From contig NIVC01000988.1 in assembly GCA_002269645.1 (NCBI GenBank), forward strand, positions 1 to 64,000: DNA of 64,000 nt, read 5' to 3'. Below are positions 24,192-37,753 of the stretch, in pieces (within the stretch, counting starts at the first letter, position 1; each line of letters begins with the position of its first letter). The translations under genes were made by a program, and so were the position numbers. The stretch comes from Macrostomum lignano (Eukaryota). Under the pieces are notes generated by a model. It did no database searches. It saw only the letters and a program-made list of their open reading frames with translations, and was not told the origin of the DNA.

Positions 24192-27100
24192 ATGAGCACT
24201 ATGGATAAACGGCATCCGTCCAACAGATCCGCATCGAGTACTTCCAATGGCAACTGTGCTTCGCCATTCTCCTTGAACTTTAGTGCGTCTAGCGGTCAGG
24301 CTGTGGCGCCAAGTCCCAGCGGTTTTGCCTCAGTGGTGACAGCATCCGATGTTGTAGACGAGATGCAGTCTCTGCCGTTGGACCAAGTCCCAGCTGCCGT
24401 TAAACTACTACGTCGAGCCTTTCGTCAGCCTCAGCTAAAACTGATTGAAGATCCAAGTACATTGCGTCAGCTGATCCGACTGGTCCATTGTCAGCCAGTG
24501 GTTAGCCTGAATGCTATGGAGGATGTGGCTAGGCTCACTGCTCAGGTTAATCCTTTGAATTATCAATTAAAAAAGATCAACATATAGTCCTTTAACAGAC
24601 ACAAATGCCATTAAGAATCGCCACAGACACAATGCCATTAAGAATCACCACAGACAATGCCATTAAGAATCGCCACAGACACAATGCCATTAAGAATCAC
24701 CACAGACAATGCCATTAAGAATCGCCACAGACACAATGCCATTAAGAATCACCACAGACAATGCCATTAAGAATCGCCACAGACACAATGCCATTAAGAA
24801 TCACCACAGACAATGCCATTAAGAATCGCCACAGACACAATGCCATTAAGAATCACCACAGACAATGCCATTGAGAATCGCCACAGACACAATGCCATTG
24901 AGAATCGCCACAGACACAATGCCATTAAGAATCGCAACAGACACAATGCCATTAAGAATCGCCACAGACACAATGCCATTAAGAATCGCCACAGACACAA
25001 TGCCATTAAGAATCGCCACAGACACAATGTCATTAAGAATCGCCACAGACACAATGCCATTAAGAATAACCACAGACACAATGCCATTAAGAATAACCAC
25101 AGACAATGCCATTGAGAATCGCCACAGACACAATGCCATTGAGAATCGCCACAGACACAATGCTATTAAGAATCACCACAGACACAATGCCATTAAGAAT
25201 CGCCACAGACACAATGCCATTAAGAATCGCCACAGACACAATGCCATTAAGAATCGCCACAGACACAATGCCATTAAGAATCGCCACAGACACAATGCCA
25301 TTAAGAATCGCCACAGACACAATGCCATTAAGAATCGCCACAGACACAATGCCATTAAGAATCGCCACAGACACAATGCCATTAAGAATCGCCACAGACA
25401 CAATGCCATTAAGAATCGCCACAGACACAATGCCATTAAGAATCGCTACAGACACAATGCCATTAAGAATCGCCACAGACACAATGCCATTAAGAATCGC
25501 CACAGACACAATGCCATTAAGAATTGCTACAGACACAATGCCATTAAGAATCGCCTCCCCCTTCATCGCCCGCAGGAGGCCCGCAACCGGCTGCTGCTCA
25601 ACCTGGCCCGTCAGCCCCTCGTCAACTACAAGCGCAGCACGGACTTCCTGGACCTGATGTGCTGCGAGTACAGAGGCTTATGCGAAATGGCCGTAAGCCA
25701 GGCGCCAGTGGCTTCAAAGTTAGAATCCGAGCACCTGTCAGCAATGGGATTAACCTGGCGATTAGTGTGCGAGCACAGCTACGAGTGCATAATCTATTCG
25801 CATGAGAACATCAGATCGCTGCAGAAGATTCTGTTAGACAAGCTCCGACCGCCCCCAGACAGGCCGGATACGGAAATCGAACCTCTACGCTGCCTGCTCA
25901 TTCTTGATGGCGAAATGCGCCGAGTTCGCTGCAAGTGGGAGGAGGCCCAGCCGGCTCTGGCCAGGTGGCGCGAGGCCAACAAGCCATCCAGCGAGATTCC
26001 CTGGCCGCCAGACTCTTGCGTGACCACGCCAGAAGATCTGGCTCTAGGCAGCGCGTCTGGTCCGTTTGTCACCTGCGAACGGTGCAGTCAGACTGTGTGC
26101 ACCTGTCCAAACTGTACAATGTCTCACTACATCACCTGCGGCGTGTTGGCGCCGAGGCCTACACTAGATGGCAGCAGCACCAGTCTGCCTTATAACGATG
26201 ACGATGAAGAATTTGAAGAGAAGTTCATGGCCATAGCCGATGGCGGAGCCAAAGAAAAATCGCCAGCTTCCAAGTGCGAGCACTGCGGCCACCACCGGGG
26301 CAATAAATCTCAGCATCAGCATCATCATGCTTCTCAAGCTGCTCAAACTTGTACTCAAACTGCTCCAGCTAACACTGGCGGCGGTGGCGCCTCTTCATCC
26401 GCTGTAGCCGCCACGGCTCCAGTCTCCGCTGGTTACCATGCCAACCGGGACCGGCTACGACAGAAACTGAAAGAGAAACGCAAACAGCAACAGCCGAAAC
26501 AACAATCGCAACAGCACCAGCAGCAGCAGCAATCATCTTCGAATGATATCGACGAACTTGTGCGGTTCATTGAAGGTCAAGCAGCAGCCGCGGCAGCTAA
26601 TAACGGCGCCAATTCCAATTGCAACGGCCAACAAGCGAAGGGCAAGCGACAGTCGCCAGCGGCCGCAGCAGGAGCTGCTGGCAGCAATAAAACCTCGCCA
26701 TCCAGGAGTACTAAGTGCAAGCCAGAGTCAGCCGCAGCTTCCGGTGCCGGCGTTTCAACTCGCGTTGCTGGCGTTGATAGAGGCGAGTGGTTTCGAAATC
26801 GTGTATTTCTAAGAAATAGAATATCTGCATTTTTGTTTTTGACTTGAAAAAAAGATGCGTTGCTAAGAAATGAGTGGCAACGGTGAAATGTTTCTAAGAA
26901 ATCAATGTGATCATCCAAGTCTTTTTAAACAACCAAGTTGACCAGCTAAATGTTTCTAAGAAACTAAATTGACCAGCTAAATGTTTCTAAGAAACCAATT
27001 CGACTAGCTAAATGTTTCTAAGAAACCAATTCGACTAGCTAAATGTTTCTAAGAAATCAATTTGACACGCTAAATGTTTCTAAGAAATCAATGTGACCGT

Positions 27101-28695
27101 TCAAATCTTTCTAAGAAACCAATTTGACCAGCTAAATGTTTCTAAGAATTAAAATTGACCAGCTAAAGGTTTCTAAGAAACCAGTTTGACCAGCTAAAGG
27201 TTTCTAAGAAATAAAATTGACCAGCTAAAGGTTTTGTAAGAAACCAATTTGATCATCTAAATGTTTCTAAGAAACCAATTTGATCATCTAAATGTTTCTA
27301 AGAAACCAATTTGATCATCTAAATGTTTCTAAGAAACCAATTTGACCAGCTAAATATTTCTAAGAAACCAATTTGACCAGCTAAATGTTTCTAAAAAACC
27401 AATTTGACCAGCTAAATGTTTCTAAGAAACCAATTTGACCAGCTAAATGTTTGTAAGAAACCAATTTGACCAGCTAAATGTTTCTAAGAAACCAATTTGA
27501 CCAGCTAAATGTTTCTAAGAAACCAATTTGACCAGCTAAATTTTTCTAAGAAACCAATTTGACAGGCTAAATGTTTCTAAGAAACCAATATGACCGTCCA
27601 AATCTTTCTAAGAAACCGATTTGACCAGCTAAATGTTTCTAAGAAATAAAATTGACCAGCTAAAGGTTTCTAAGAAGCCAGTTTGACCAGTTAAAGGTTT
27701 CTAAGAAATAAAATTGACCAGCTAAAAGTTTTGTAAGAAACCAATTTGATAATCTAAATGTTTCTGAGAAGCTTTTATAATCTAAATGTTTCTAAGAAAC
27801 CAATTTGATAATCTAAATGTTTCTAAGAAACCAATTTGACCAGCTAAATGTTTCTAAGAAACCAATTTGACCAGCCAATGTTTTTAAAAGACCAATTTGA
27901 CCGACAAAATGTTTCTAAGAGACCTATTTTATTCTAACAAACGCCAACATATCCTAACTTTCAAAAATATGCCTGAATTATTTTTCTCTTTCACACTGCA
28001 ATTTTAGTTTTCCTTCCCAGAAGCGCTATTGCTGGTGACGCTCAAAGGCAGAAATCTGCTTTTAACGGCAGCAGCAACGGAGCCACCGGTGCATCCGATG
28101 ACTCTGACGTTGTGTCGGACGATTTTAGCAGCGACAGAGAGTTCGATCATGATGACAACGAGCTGGACCCCGTTGTCGAACAGTTCAAGAGGTCAGTAAA
28201 CACTTTTGCTAATAAACTTAATGCAAAACAGAAATATTTCTTTAATCTTTAGTCACCTTTCCTAGACACCTAAAAATCATAATCACTGATAGAATGGTTT
28301 TCTAAGAAATGAAACTCACCGATGGAATGGTTTTCTAAGAAATCAAACTCACCGATGGAATGGTTTTCTAAGAAATCAAACTCACCGATAGAATGGTTTT
28401 CTAAGAAATCAAACTCACCGATGGAATGGTTTTCTAAGAAATCAAACTCACCGATGGAATGGTTTTCTAAGAAATCAAACTCACCGATAGAATGGTTTTC
28501 TAAGAAATCAGTTTAAACTGTTAAGATATGCATACATATTCGACCTCTATTTGTCCCCCGCACAGTTTCGTCCTGAACTCTCCAGCGCCGACCGGCCAGC
28601 GGCAGCGAGTGTCCTGCCTAGACATGCAGTCCCTGGTGCAGCAGATGGCTTCATCACGTGGCAATTATCAGCTCAGTGGACAGCAGGATGGATAG
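24192..28695 (+). CDS. FAM193: FAM193 family protein, ~624 aa, 4 exons
   Basis: Exons 24192-24545, 25576-26782, 28008-28191, 28566-28695 (1875 nt, in frame). Cys-rich CxxC clusters, RDRLRQKLKEKRK, DIDELVRFIEG, and C-terminal VFLPR...ELDPVVEQFKSFVLNS..QRQRVS resembling the FAM193 C-terminal domain as recalled. Intron 2 requires a GC donor. Confidence 0.78.
24598..25555. repeat. 27-bp (25-bp variant) minisatellite AATGCCATTAAGAATCGCCACAGACAC (FAM193 intron 1)
   Basis: About 36 near-identical units. Confidence 0.98.
26800..27925. repeat. 31-bp minisatellite TGTTTCTAAGAAACCAATTTGACCAGCTAAA (FAM193 intron 2)
   Basis: Tandem array. Confidence 0.96.
28285..28510. repeat. 33-bp minisatellite GATRGAATGGTTTTCTAAGAAATCAAACTCACC (FAM193 intron 3)
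   Basis: About 6.5 units. Confidence 0.96.
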
Positions 28696-29379
28696 CTAAT
28701 TAAATTAATGCCCTAATTGCATCCAATACTTACAGGTGCTATGCAAAAAGTTAATTTTTGTGTACTGACATTTTTTACCAATTCCTTTTTTCGGTAGATT
28801 TTTTTGTTAAATATGGGAACTAATAATGTTCTATATATGACTACTGTAAGTAGACAACTGGCTGTATCTCAACCATTTTTATGTTTGTTTTTAAACAAAA
28901 TTTTATTGAAACTTGTTTGTTGTGCGTGCCACTTGACTGAATTTTCAAAAATGACTGAACCCCAAAACATTTTCAATGGTTTCCAGTGTCTTCCACTAGT
29001 TGTTTAATATATTCAGAAATAGTTTGTACTTTTTCTATTGTACAATATGAACTTTGGGTTCGTCTAAAGTTCATCATTAGTACGGGTAATCCTGTACATC
29101 GCTTCCTGAATATTGGTTTGTAATTCATACTACACAAGCTGTAGTGCCCCCTGTCCCCAAGTGTTTCCATTAACAATCATTTTTTGTTTGTATTTTATTT
29201 TTTAATTAGATCATTTTTGTTGGTTATTTAGTTAATTTTGGGTGTAGTTTTTCTTAACTACGTTGTGGGATAAAAAAATAGGATACAGAAAAATCGATAG
29301 GTTTGTGCTTAGTTAGGCTTCTTTAAATAGAAGCCCATTTACTATCTAAATTTGATAGTTTCCTGTTAAAAATGCCTTC

Positions 29380-30150
29380 TGAAAAATCGCCCCCCTTAAG
29401 AATCGCCCATCTATCGAAAAATCCCCACCTATCGAAAAATCGCCCCCCGTTAAGAATCGCCCATCTATCGAAAAATCCCCACCTATCGAAAAATCGCCCC
29501 CCTTAAGAATCGCCCACCTATCAAAAAATCCCCCCCTTAAGAATCGCCCACCTATCGAAAAATCGCCCCCCTTAAGAATCGCTCATCTATCGAAAAATCG
29601 CCCCCCGTTAAGAATCGCCCATCTATCGAAAAATCCCCACCTATCGAAAAATCGCCCCCCCCCCCTTAAGAATCGCCCATCTATCGAAAAATCGCCCACC
29701 TATCGAAAAATTGCCCCCCTTAAGAATCGCCCCTCTTAAGAATCGCCCACCTATCAAAAAATCCCCCCTTAAGAATCGCCCATCTATCGAAAAATCCCCA
29801 CCTATCGAAAAATCGCCCACCTATCGAAAAATTGCCCCCCTTAAGAATCGCCCCTCTTAAGAATCGCCCACCTATCAAAAAATCCCCCCTTAAGAATCGC
29901 CCATCTATCGAAAAATCCCCACCTATCGAAAAATCGCCCCCCCTTAAGAATCGCCTATCTATCGAAAAATCGCCCACCTTAAGAATCGCCCACCTATCGA
30001 AAAATCGCCACCCCCTAAGAGTCGCCCACCTACCGGAAAATCGCCCCCCCATAAGAATCGCCCACCTATCGAAAAATCGCCCCCCCCCATAAAAATCGCC
30101 CACCTATCGAAAAATCACCCACCTATCGAAAAATCGCCCCCTTTAAGAAC
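29380..30150. repeat. 18/36-bp minisatellite AAGAATCGCCCACCTATCGAAAAATCGCCCCCCCTT
   Basis: Tandem composite array. Confidence 0.95.
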
Positions 30151-30889
30151 CACTTTCCCACCCTCATAGTTAGAACAATAGCTCCACAAACAATGCCATT
30201 TTTCAAAAAGTACATGATGTTCCTACATGAAAAAAACATTTAAAAGTTAATCCGTCCTTATTCAAAAGCGCTGTGACATTCGCATGTGCTCAATTGAGCA
30301 CATGAAATTGGAGACAGAGAAAAAAACACCACATACTATAAAATTGCCAGCTGAGAATTTCGCACGTATGCAACCCGTGCGTTGCTTCATTTTTCGTCTA
30401 ATTAGCCAGTTTTTATTGCAGAAAAATGGTGATTATATTGTATCTGTATGATTTATTTTCTGGCGTATAACATACATGTAATTCTGTAATTGTTCCATTA
30501 AGTGTACATATTATTATTATAGATCTCTGATAACTGTTTGTTTTAGCACAGATATTATCTCTGCGATAGTAGAACCTTTCAAACGCTGGTTATGCTTCTC
30601 TTTGCAAGCTCAAATCTGTTTGTTTTTATATTTGTTTGAAATTATTTAAAAAGCAACAAAACAAAAATGTAAAACAATTAAATATTTTTAGCTCACAATG
30701 TGCCACTTTGATGCGCACTATTGCAACATTGTTTCGATTTGTAGACAGTTTTAAAATCAAATTGTTTTGTAATATTTTATTGCTTATTTTTCATTTGATT
30801 TATCCCGGATACAGTGGTTGTATATTGCGTATCTGGGAGATGCCTGGGGTAGATGCGAATCTAGAGATCTAGAGGGAAAGGTCTAAAGG

Positions 30890-32225
30890 GTTATATGGTT
30901 GAATTCCCCCTATTATAATCTGGTTGAATTCCCTCTATGACAGTCTGTGGTTGAATTTCCTCTAAGAGAATCGGCAGTTGAATTCCCCCTTTGAGAATCG
31001 GCAGTTGAATTCCCCCTACGAGAATCTCTGTTTGAATCCCCCCTATGAGGATCGGCAGTTGAATTCCCCCTTTGAGAATCGGCAGTTGAATTCCCCCTTT
31101 GAGAATCGGCAGTTGAATTCCCCCTTTGAGAATCGGCAGTTGAATTCCCCCTTTGAGAATCGACAGTTGAATTCCCCCTTTGAGAATCGACAGTTGAATT
31201 CCCCCTTTGAGAATCTCTGTTTGAATCCCCCCTTTGAGAATCGGCAGTTGAATTCCCCCTTTGAGAATCGGCAGTTGAATTCTCCCTTTGAGAATCGGCA
31301 GTTGAATTCCCCCTTTGAGAATCGGCAGTTGAATTCCCCCTTTGAGAATCGACAGTTGAATTCCCCCTTTGAGAATCGGCAGTTGAATTCCCCCTTTGAG
31401 AATCGGCAGTTGAATTCCCCCTTTGAGAATCGGCAGTTGAATTCCCCCTTTGAGAATCGGCAGTTGAATTCCCCCTTTGAGAATCGGCAGTTGAATTCCC
31501 CCTTTGAGAATCGACAGTTGAATTCCCCCTACGAGAATCTCTGTTTGAATCCCCCCTATGAGGATCGGCAGTTGAATTCCCCTATGTGGATCAGCAGTTG
31601 AATTCTCCCTGAGAATTGGCAGTTGAATTCCCCCTATGAGAATCGGCAGTTGAATTCCTCCTTTGTGGATCAGCAGTTGAATTCCCCCTACGAGAATCTC
31701 TGTTTGAATCCCCCCTATGAGGATCGGCAGTTGAATTCCCCTGTGTGGATCAGCAGTTGAATTCTCCCTGAGAATCGGCAGTTGAATTCCTCCTTTGTGG
31801 ATCAGCAGTTGAATTCCCCCTATGAGAATCGGCAGTTGAATTCCCCCTATGAGGATCGGCAGTTGAATTCCCCCTATGAGAATCGGCAGTTGAATTCCCC
31901 CTATGAGGATCGGCAGTTGAATTCCCCCTATGAGAATCGGCAGTTGAATTCCCCCTATGAGGATCAGCAGTTGAATTCCCCGTATGAGAATCGGCAGTTG
32001 AATTCCCCTATGTTGATCAGCAGTTGAATTCCCCCTATGAGGATCGGCGGTTGAATTCCCCCTATGAGAATCTGCGGCTGAATTCCCCCTGTGAGAATCT
32101 GCGGCTAAATTCCCCCTATAAGGATCGGCAGTTGAATTCTCCCTATGAGAATCGGCAGTTGAATTCCTCCTATGTGGATGAGCAGTTGAATTCCCCTCAG
32201 AGAATTAGGAGTTGAAATCCCCTCA
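30890..32225. repeat. 27-bp minisatellite GAGAATCGGCAGTTGAATTCCCCCTTT
   Basis: Tandem array downstream of the 98-aa ORF. Confidence 0.97.
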
Positions 32226-32250
32226 GAGAACCTCATGGTCATTCCGGTCG

Positions 32251-32547
32251 CTATACACGGTACGCTCGTTTCTTCTTGTCTTGTTTCCCGCGGTCGCAGA
32301 TGCAGCAACTTGATTGGCTTTTAGAAGCAGCAGCAGTCCACATTGGCAGTTTCATGATTCGATGCATCTCCTCTGTCAGCCTTACAGTGTGCTTGACAAG
32401 ATCTCGGCCATCGATGAGCAGTGCTCGAACGTCGGACAGTATTTCAATCTGCTGTTGAATTCGGTCATCTTGACAATCGAAATGTTGATGCTGTTGCTGG
32501 ATTTTTTGCAGAGCTTGTTCAGGATTTAAGTTCTCAGGCGATGACAT
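32251..32547 (-). CDS. Hypothetical 98-aa protein (coiled-coil-like, C-terminal CCxC + basic tail)
   Basis: ATG at 32547 just after an acceptor-like TTCCTCTCAG; non-repetitive sequence with protein-like composition (MSSPENLNPEQALQKIQQQ...SSCCICDRGKQDKKKRAYRV*). No recognised family. Confidence 0.5.
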   Translation of the reverse strand: MSSPENLNPEQALQKIQQQHQHFDCQDDRIQQQIEILSDVRALLIDGRDLVKHTVRLTEEMHRIMKLPMWTAAASKSQSSCCICDRGKQDKKKRAYRV

Positions 32548-32894
32548 GGCTTCAGTGTGAATCTTGTGCTGAGAGGAACTGCTTCTCAAGATTTCCTATA
32601 TATATCAGAGAAGGTGACTATTGTAGCGTGTTACTATGCTCAACGTACATTACTCACACTTCAAATCATTCGGTCGGTTAAATATTAATGCATGCCGTCA
32701 GTGTATGAATGATTAATTAATCATATCTTCCCAAAAGTAAGTGTGTTAGCTTAGTTCTTTACTCTGGGTTACCTTGGAAACGCCTTCTTCCTATCCGAGA
32801 TGCCTTCTGATTAATTTCGTCTGAGCAAGCCACAAAAATCCTTTATCAACACAGGGAATCGCCTATAGCAGTTGCATTCCCACCACCCATGGGA

Positions 32895-33870
32895 TTCTGT
32901 GGTTGAATCCCCCCTATGAGAATCTGTGGTTGCATTTTCCCTATGAGAATCTGTGGTTGCATTTTCCCTATGAGAATCTGTGGTTGCATTTTCCCTATGA
33001 GAATCTGTGGTTGCATTTTCCCTATAAGAATCTGTGGTTGAATTTCCCCCTATGAGAATCTGATTGCATTTTCCCTGTGAGAATCTGTGGTTGAATTCCC
33101 CCTATGAGAATCTGGTTGCATTTTCCCCATGAGAATCTGTGGTTGAATTCCCCCATGAGATTCTGTGGCTGAATTAATTCCCCCTATGAGAATCTGTGGT
33201 TGCATTCCCCCTATGAGAATCTGGTAGCATTTTCCCTATGAGAATATGTGGTTGAATTCCCCCATGAGATTCTGTGGTTGAATTAATTCCCCCTATGAGA
33301 ATCTGTGGTTGCATTCCCCCTATGAGAATCTGGTTGCATTTTCTCTATGAGAATATGTGATTGAATTCCCTCTATGAGATTCTGTGTTTGAATTCTCCCC
33401 ATGAGATTCTGTGGTTGAATTCCCCCCATGACATTCTGTGGTTGAATTCCCCCCATGACATTCTGTGGTTGAATTCCCCCATGACATTCTGTGGTTGAAT
33501 TCCCCATGAGAACCTGTGGTTGAATTCCGTTTATGAGAACCTGTGGTTGAATTCCCCCTATGAGAATCGGCAGTTGAATTCCCCCTATGAGAATCGGCAG
33601 TTGAATTCCCCTATGAGAATCGGCAGTTGAATTCCCCTATGAGAATCGGCAGTTGAATTCCCCTATGAGAATCGGCAGTTGAATTCCGCCAACCCATTAT
33701 ACTCGGCAGTTGAATTCCCCTCACCATGAGAACCGACAGTTGAATTCCAATCGCCATGAAAATCGGCAGTTGAATTCCCCTCACCATGAGAATCGGCAGT
33801 TGAATTCCCCTCATCATGAGAATCGGCAGTTGAATTCCCCTCACCATGAGAATTGGCAGTTGAATTCCTC
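32895..33870. repeat. Related 24-27-bp minisatellite ATGAGAATCTGTGGTTGAATTCCCCCT
   Basis: Same family as 30890-32225, upstream of the 98-aa ORF. Confidence 0.95.
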
Positions 33871-34904
33871 CCAGAGTCGCTAGTTACAGTAGGTCATGCT
33901 CGTGTACTTTATCAAACTTACGACCAACTAATCAGCAATTAACTAATCATTTCGGAATGCGTGTTACACAATCGCATTCCCATCAAGTGTTAATCCCCCC
34001 AAGCAGAGAGATTAGCGGTCTTTGCCTTTTGGCCAAACAAAATTTTGTAGGGCATTCTGTTTAAACAAATTGTGGGCTTAATATATTTGTTACTTAGCTT
34101 TGTGTGTACATAGATTATCATGCACTGTATTGGGCCCTTGTTCGGTTGTTAGGGTCACATGAATCCATTGCTATATTAAAGGACCTCACTTATGCGCTCG
34201 TAGTTTGTAAAGGTCAATTATTCGGTTGCTAAGGACGCTAGAATCCGTTTGTCAAGGTCGCAAATTTGGTTTTTGAGGTTCCTAGAGCGACAAAATCCGA
34301 GATACTTATTAAAAGTAGTCCCTTAATCGATTGCTATAACAACAGATTCTATCATCAAGGCTATCATCTCTGTTGCCAACGGCGCCATAATCTGTTATCA
34401 AGGTTAACGGTTTGGTTGCTAAGTTGCGCAAGAATGCGTTGTTAATGTTGCCAAAACTGTTGCTAAGGGTCGCTAGAATCCCAAATCCCAAACCACAGAA
34501 TTCGAATGAAGAATTAATTTTTGCACTTTCGCTGTCCCGACATTGGCAAATAGAAGCAGCACTGTCTATCAACAAAATAGATTTCCTGGGCTAAACTATA
34601 AGAGTCACATCTGCTCCCAAAATGATGAATGAGTGTGAACACGTGCTTAGATGATGGCCTAATCTTTATTTAGTAGAGCAGATGCTCGGGAGTCCATTAT
34701 TGAGCGTCCAACAAAAACCAGCATGTTTAATTCGTACATTCCAGCGTACATTCGCTCATCCAACAGCTGAGACAGTTGGCTAGTCAAAGAAATCTTTCAA
34801 TCGCTAAAACCATCACCGAGGATTCGCGTTTTCGGGGCTGACAACAGCTGTCTTCGAGTTTTTAAGCTGGGGAAATTTTTCATAAAGTTTTTGGCTAAGC
34901 CTAA

Positions 34905-35615
<711 letters not shown>

Positions 35616-36093
35616 TGATAGTTTCAACTTTCCGAAGCACTTATATTTTAACAATAAGTTCCCAGCTAAAAATACCTGTGCCCAGGCATATAAAACACAA
35701 AGCAGTGACCCATGGAGGAAAATGCAACACAGAAGCGAGCGCTGAGTCTGCAGCGAGTGAGGGGAATTTAAGCAAACTGCATGCCATTTTTGCTGAAATT
35801 CAATTCAACAGTCAAGTCCAATTTCTGGTGCTGAAACTTCTAGAAAAATAAAAGCAATGAGAGAAGTGCTGAGGGCCAACGAAAGATAAATTTTATTAAT
35901 ATTTAATTAATTTATTAATAAATAACATTAATAAATATCAGTTCTGCGTATACCAGACATAATAAACGATTATTAGACAAAGAAGGTCATCAGTGTTAAA
36001 AATTCCATGATTAGAAAAACTCGACCGAAAACTACGAGCGTAGGCCTCAAATAAATCAATCACTCAAGAAACCCCACAGCTCTGTGAATAAAA

Positions 36094-37753
36094 TTAGGAT
36101 GCATTGAACACCTGCAGTCTGCCGATGTCCCAGTCAGCCACCACCAGCTGCTCGCACGGACCTCCCGTCACCACCGCCAGACCCCATGGATGCCAGGATA
36201 TGCCGTCTTCGCTGTCGCTCTCGCCCGGAGTCCCCAGGTCCACATTGGCGACCCGTCGTCTGCAGCCACCGCTCGCACTGAGTGACCCCAATATTCACTC
36301 ACGAACAGGCGGCCTCTGCTGTCGACGGCCACATTTATTGGATGAGCAAACTGTTGGAGACCGGAACGCTGAGTCGGGAAGGAGGCGACCAGTTGCTGGG
36401 TGTCAATGCGCACTCTGTGCACCTGCCACTTATTCCAGTCGGTCACCAGAATGCAGTTGTCGTGAGTTGCCAGGCTGCGCAGATCAGCATCAGGAAGCTG
36501 AGACAGCGTGATGACCGTCTCCATCTGCCAAGTCGCTTTGCTGAATGCAGCAATTTTGTTTCCGCTGGACACAAACACGGAGGCTGCGCTGCCGCCGATT
36601 CCACGGATGTCACCGAAGCCCTCGATGTGTGGGCGGACTCGATGCACGCGCGACCGCTCAGGTCCGTCACTGTCACTGCGTCAGGCTGAGCGATGAACAG
36701 CAGCTGACGGTCGCAGTGAAGGCCCCAGATTATATTCTTCCAGTCGATATCGCAGTGGCACCGAAGCTTCTGTGAGCCGTCCACAGAGAGCACCAGTAAG
36801 TGGTCCCTGTTCGCAAGGAATGATGCCAGGATGCAGGGCTGAGGCAGAGCCCTGCTGCCGTCTCCCGCTGAGTCGGCGGAAACCACTCGGCCTGAGCGGT
36901 CACCAACGAATCCGCTGGTGTCGCTGCACACAGCTAGACATGAAACACGGTCATCCAGCTTCACGTCGTGACTAAAGAACATCGGATCGAACAGCAGTTT
37001 TTCTTTTTCAGCAGCTATATCTCTGTCTATCTCCTCGGATGTCGCGGTCACCGCAGCGTCTCTCGACCAGTCGCCCTCTTCACTGCGTCCCGCACAAATG
37101 CCGACCAGCCGCTCGAGCTGGCCCACAAGCCGCAGCTGCAGCTCCTCATTGTCGCTCTGGTCTCTGAGCAGGCGCTCTGACCTCTCAAAGTCGGCCTCCA
37201 AGTCTCCAAGCGATTCGTGCATGGACTGGACCAGGCGAAGCAGCTCCGCCATGTCGCCTGCAGCCTCCGCCGTGGCCACCTCCTGCTTGTAGCTGGAGAC
37301 GTCCTCGAGGTCCCGCTCGCACACACGCACTGCCTCAAGCACACCTGAGAGCTGGCCCGTCACCCTGCTACGAAACGAGTCGATGTGTTGCTGTACCAAA
37401 TCGAATTTGTGATTGACCTCTTGCAGCTGCTGTTGGATGTCGAGAGCGAGACGACGCAGCGACTCAGCGTCTTGTCTTGGTCGCAGCAGCGCTGCACGGC
37501 CAGCTGCACCTGCTGCGCCTTGTGATTCTTGTGACTCTTGTGACACTTGTGAGTAGGCACGCAGCAGCTCTTCGACCTCATATTTGAGCTTGAATAGATT
37601 GGCCACATCGACACTGAGGTGTTGACTGCACATGTGGCAGCGGGAGAACGGAGCCACACCGACTGCAGCTTGGTCGCAGATGATGCAGAGAGGAGTTGGG
37701 GTAGCGGGAGGCGCGTCCGAACTCGAGCTGTCGCTGGAGCCTTTGTGGCTCAT
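36094..37753 (-). CDS. B-box-like/coiled-coil/NHL-repeat (TRIM-NHL-like) protein, ~553 aa, intronless CDS broken by two 1-nt deletions
   Basis: Three overlapping ORFs join when one base is restored near 36648 and one in CCCC 36232-36235 (1660+2 nt = 554 codons). N-terminal CIIC..CHMCSQH, long coiled coil, NHL motifs FAHPINVAVDSRGRLFVSEYWGHSV and HPWGLAV..LVVADWDIGRLQVF. Probable 5'UTR intron 37774-37953. Confidence 0.78.

Noticed and set aside
24794-25575. Repetitive N-terminus of the 660-aa ORF (MPLRIATDT / RHRHNAIKN) and antisense repeat ORFs
   Set aside because: The 27-bp unit lies inside a GT-AG intron whose removal joins exon 1 to exon 2 in frame.
30978-32215. (ENRQLNSPF)n ORFs as a repetitive structural protein
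   Set aside because: They coincide exactly with a minisatellite, have only a TTG start, and have no unique N- or C-terminal domain.
36230-36650. Programmed ribosomal frameshifting in the TRIM-NHL and SETDB1 genes
   Set aside because: No X XXY YYZ slippery heptamers with downstream structure were seen; multiple homopolymer indels point to error or decay.
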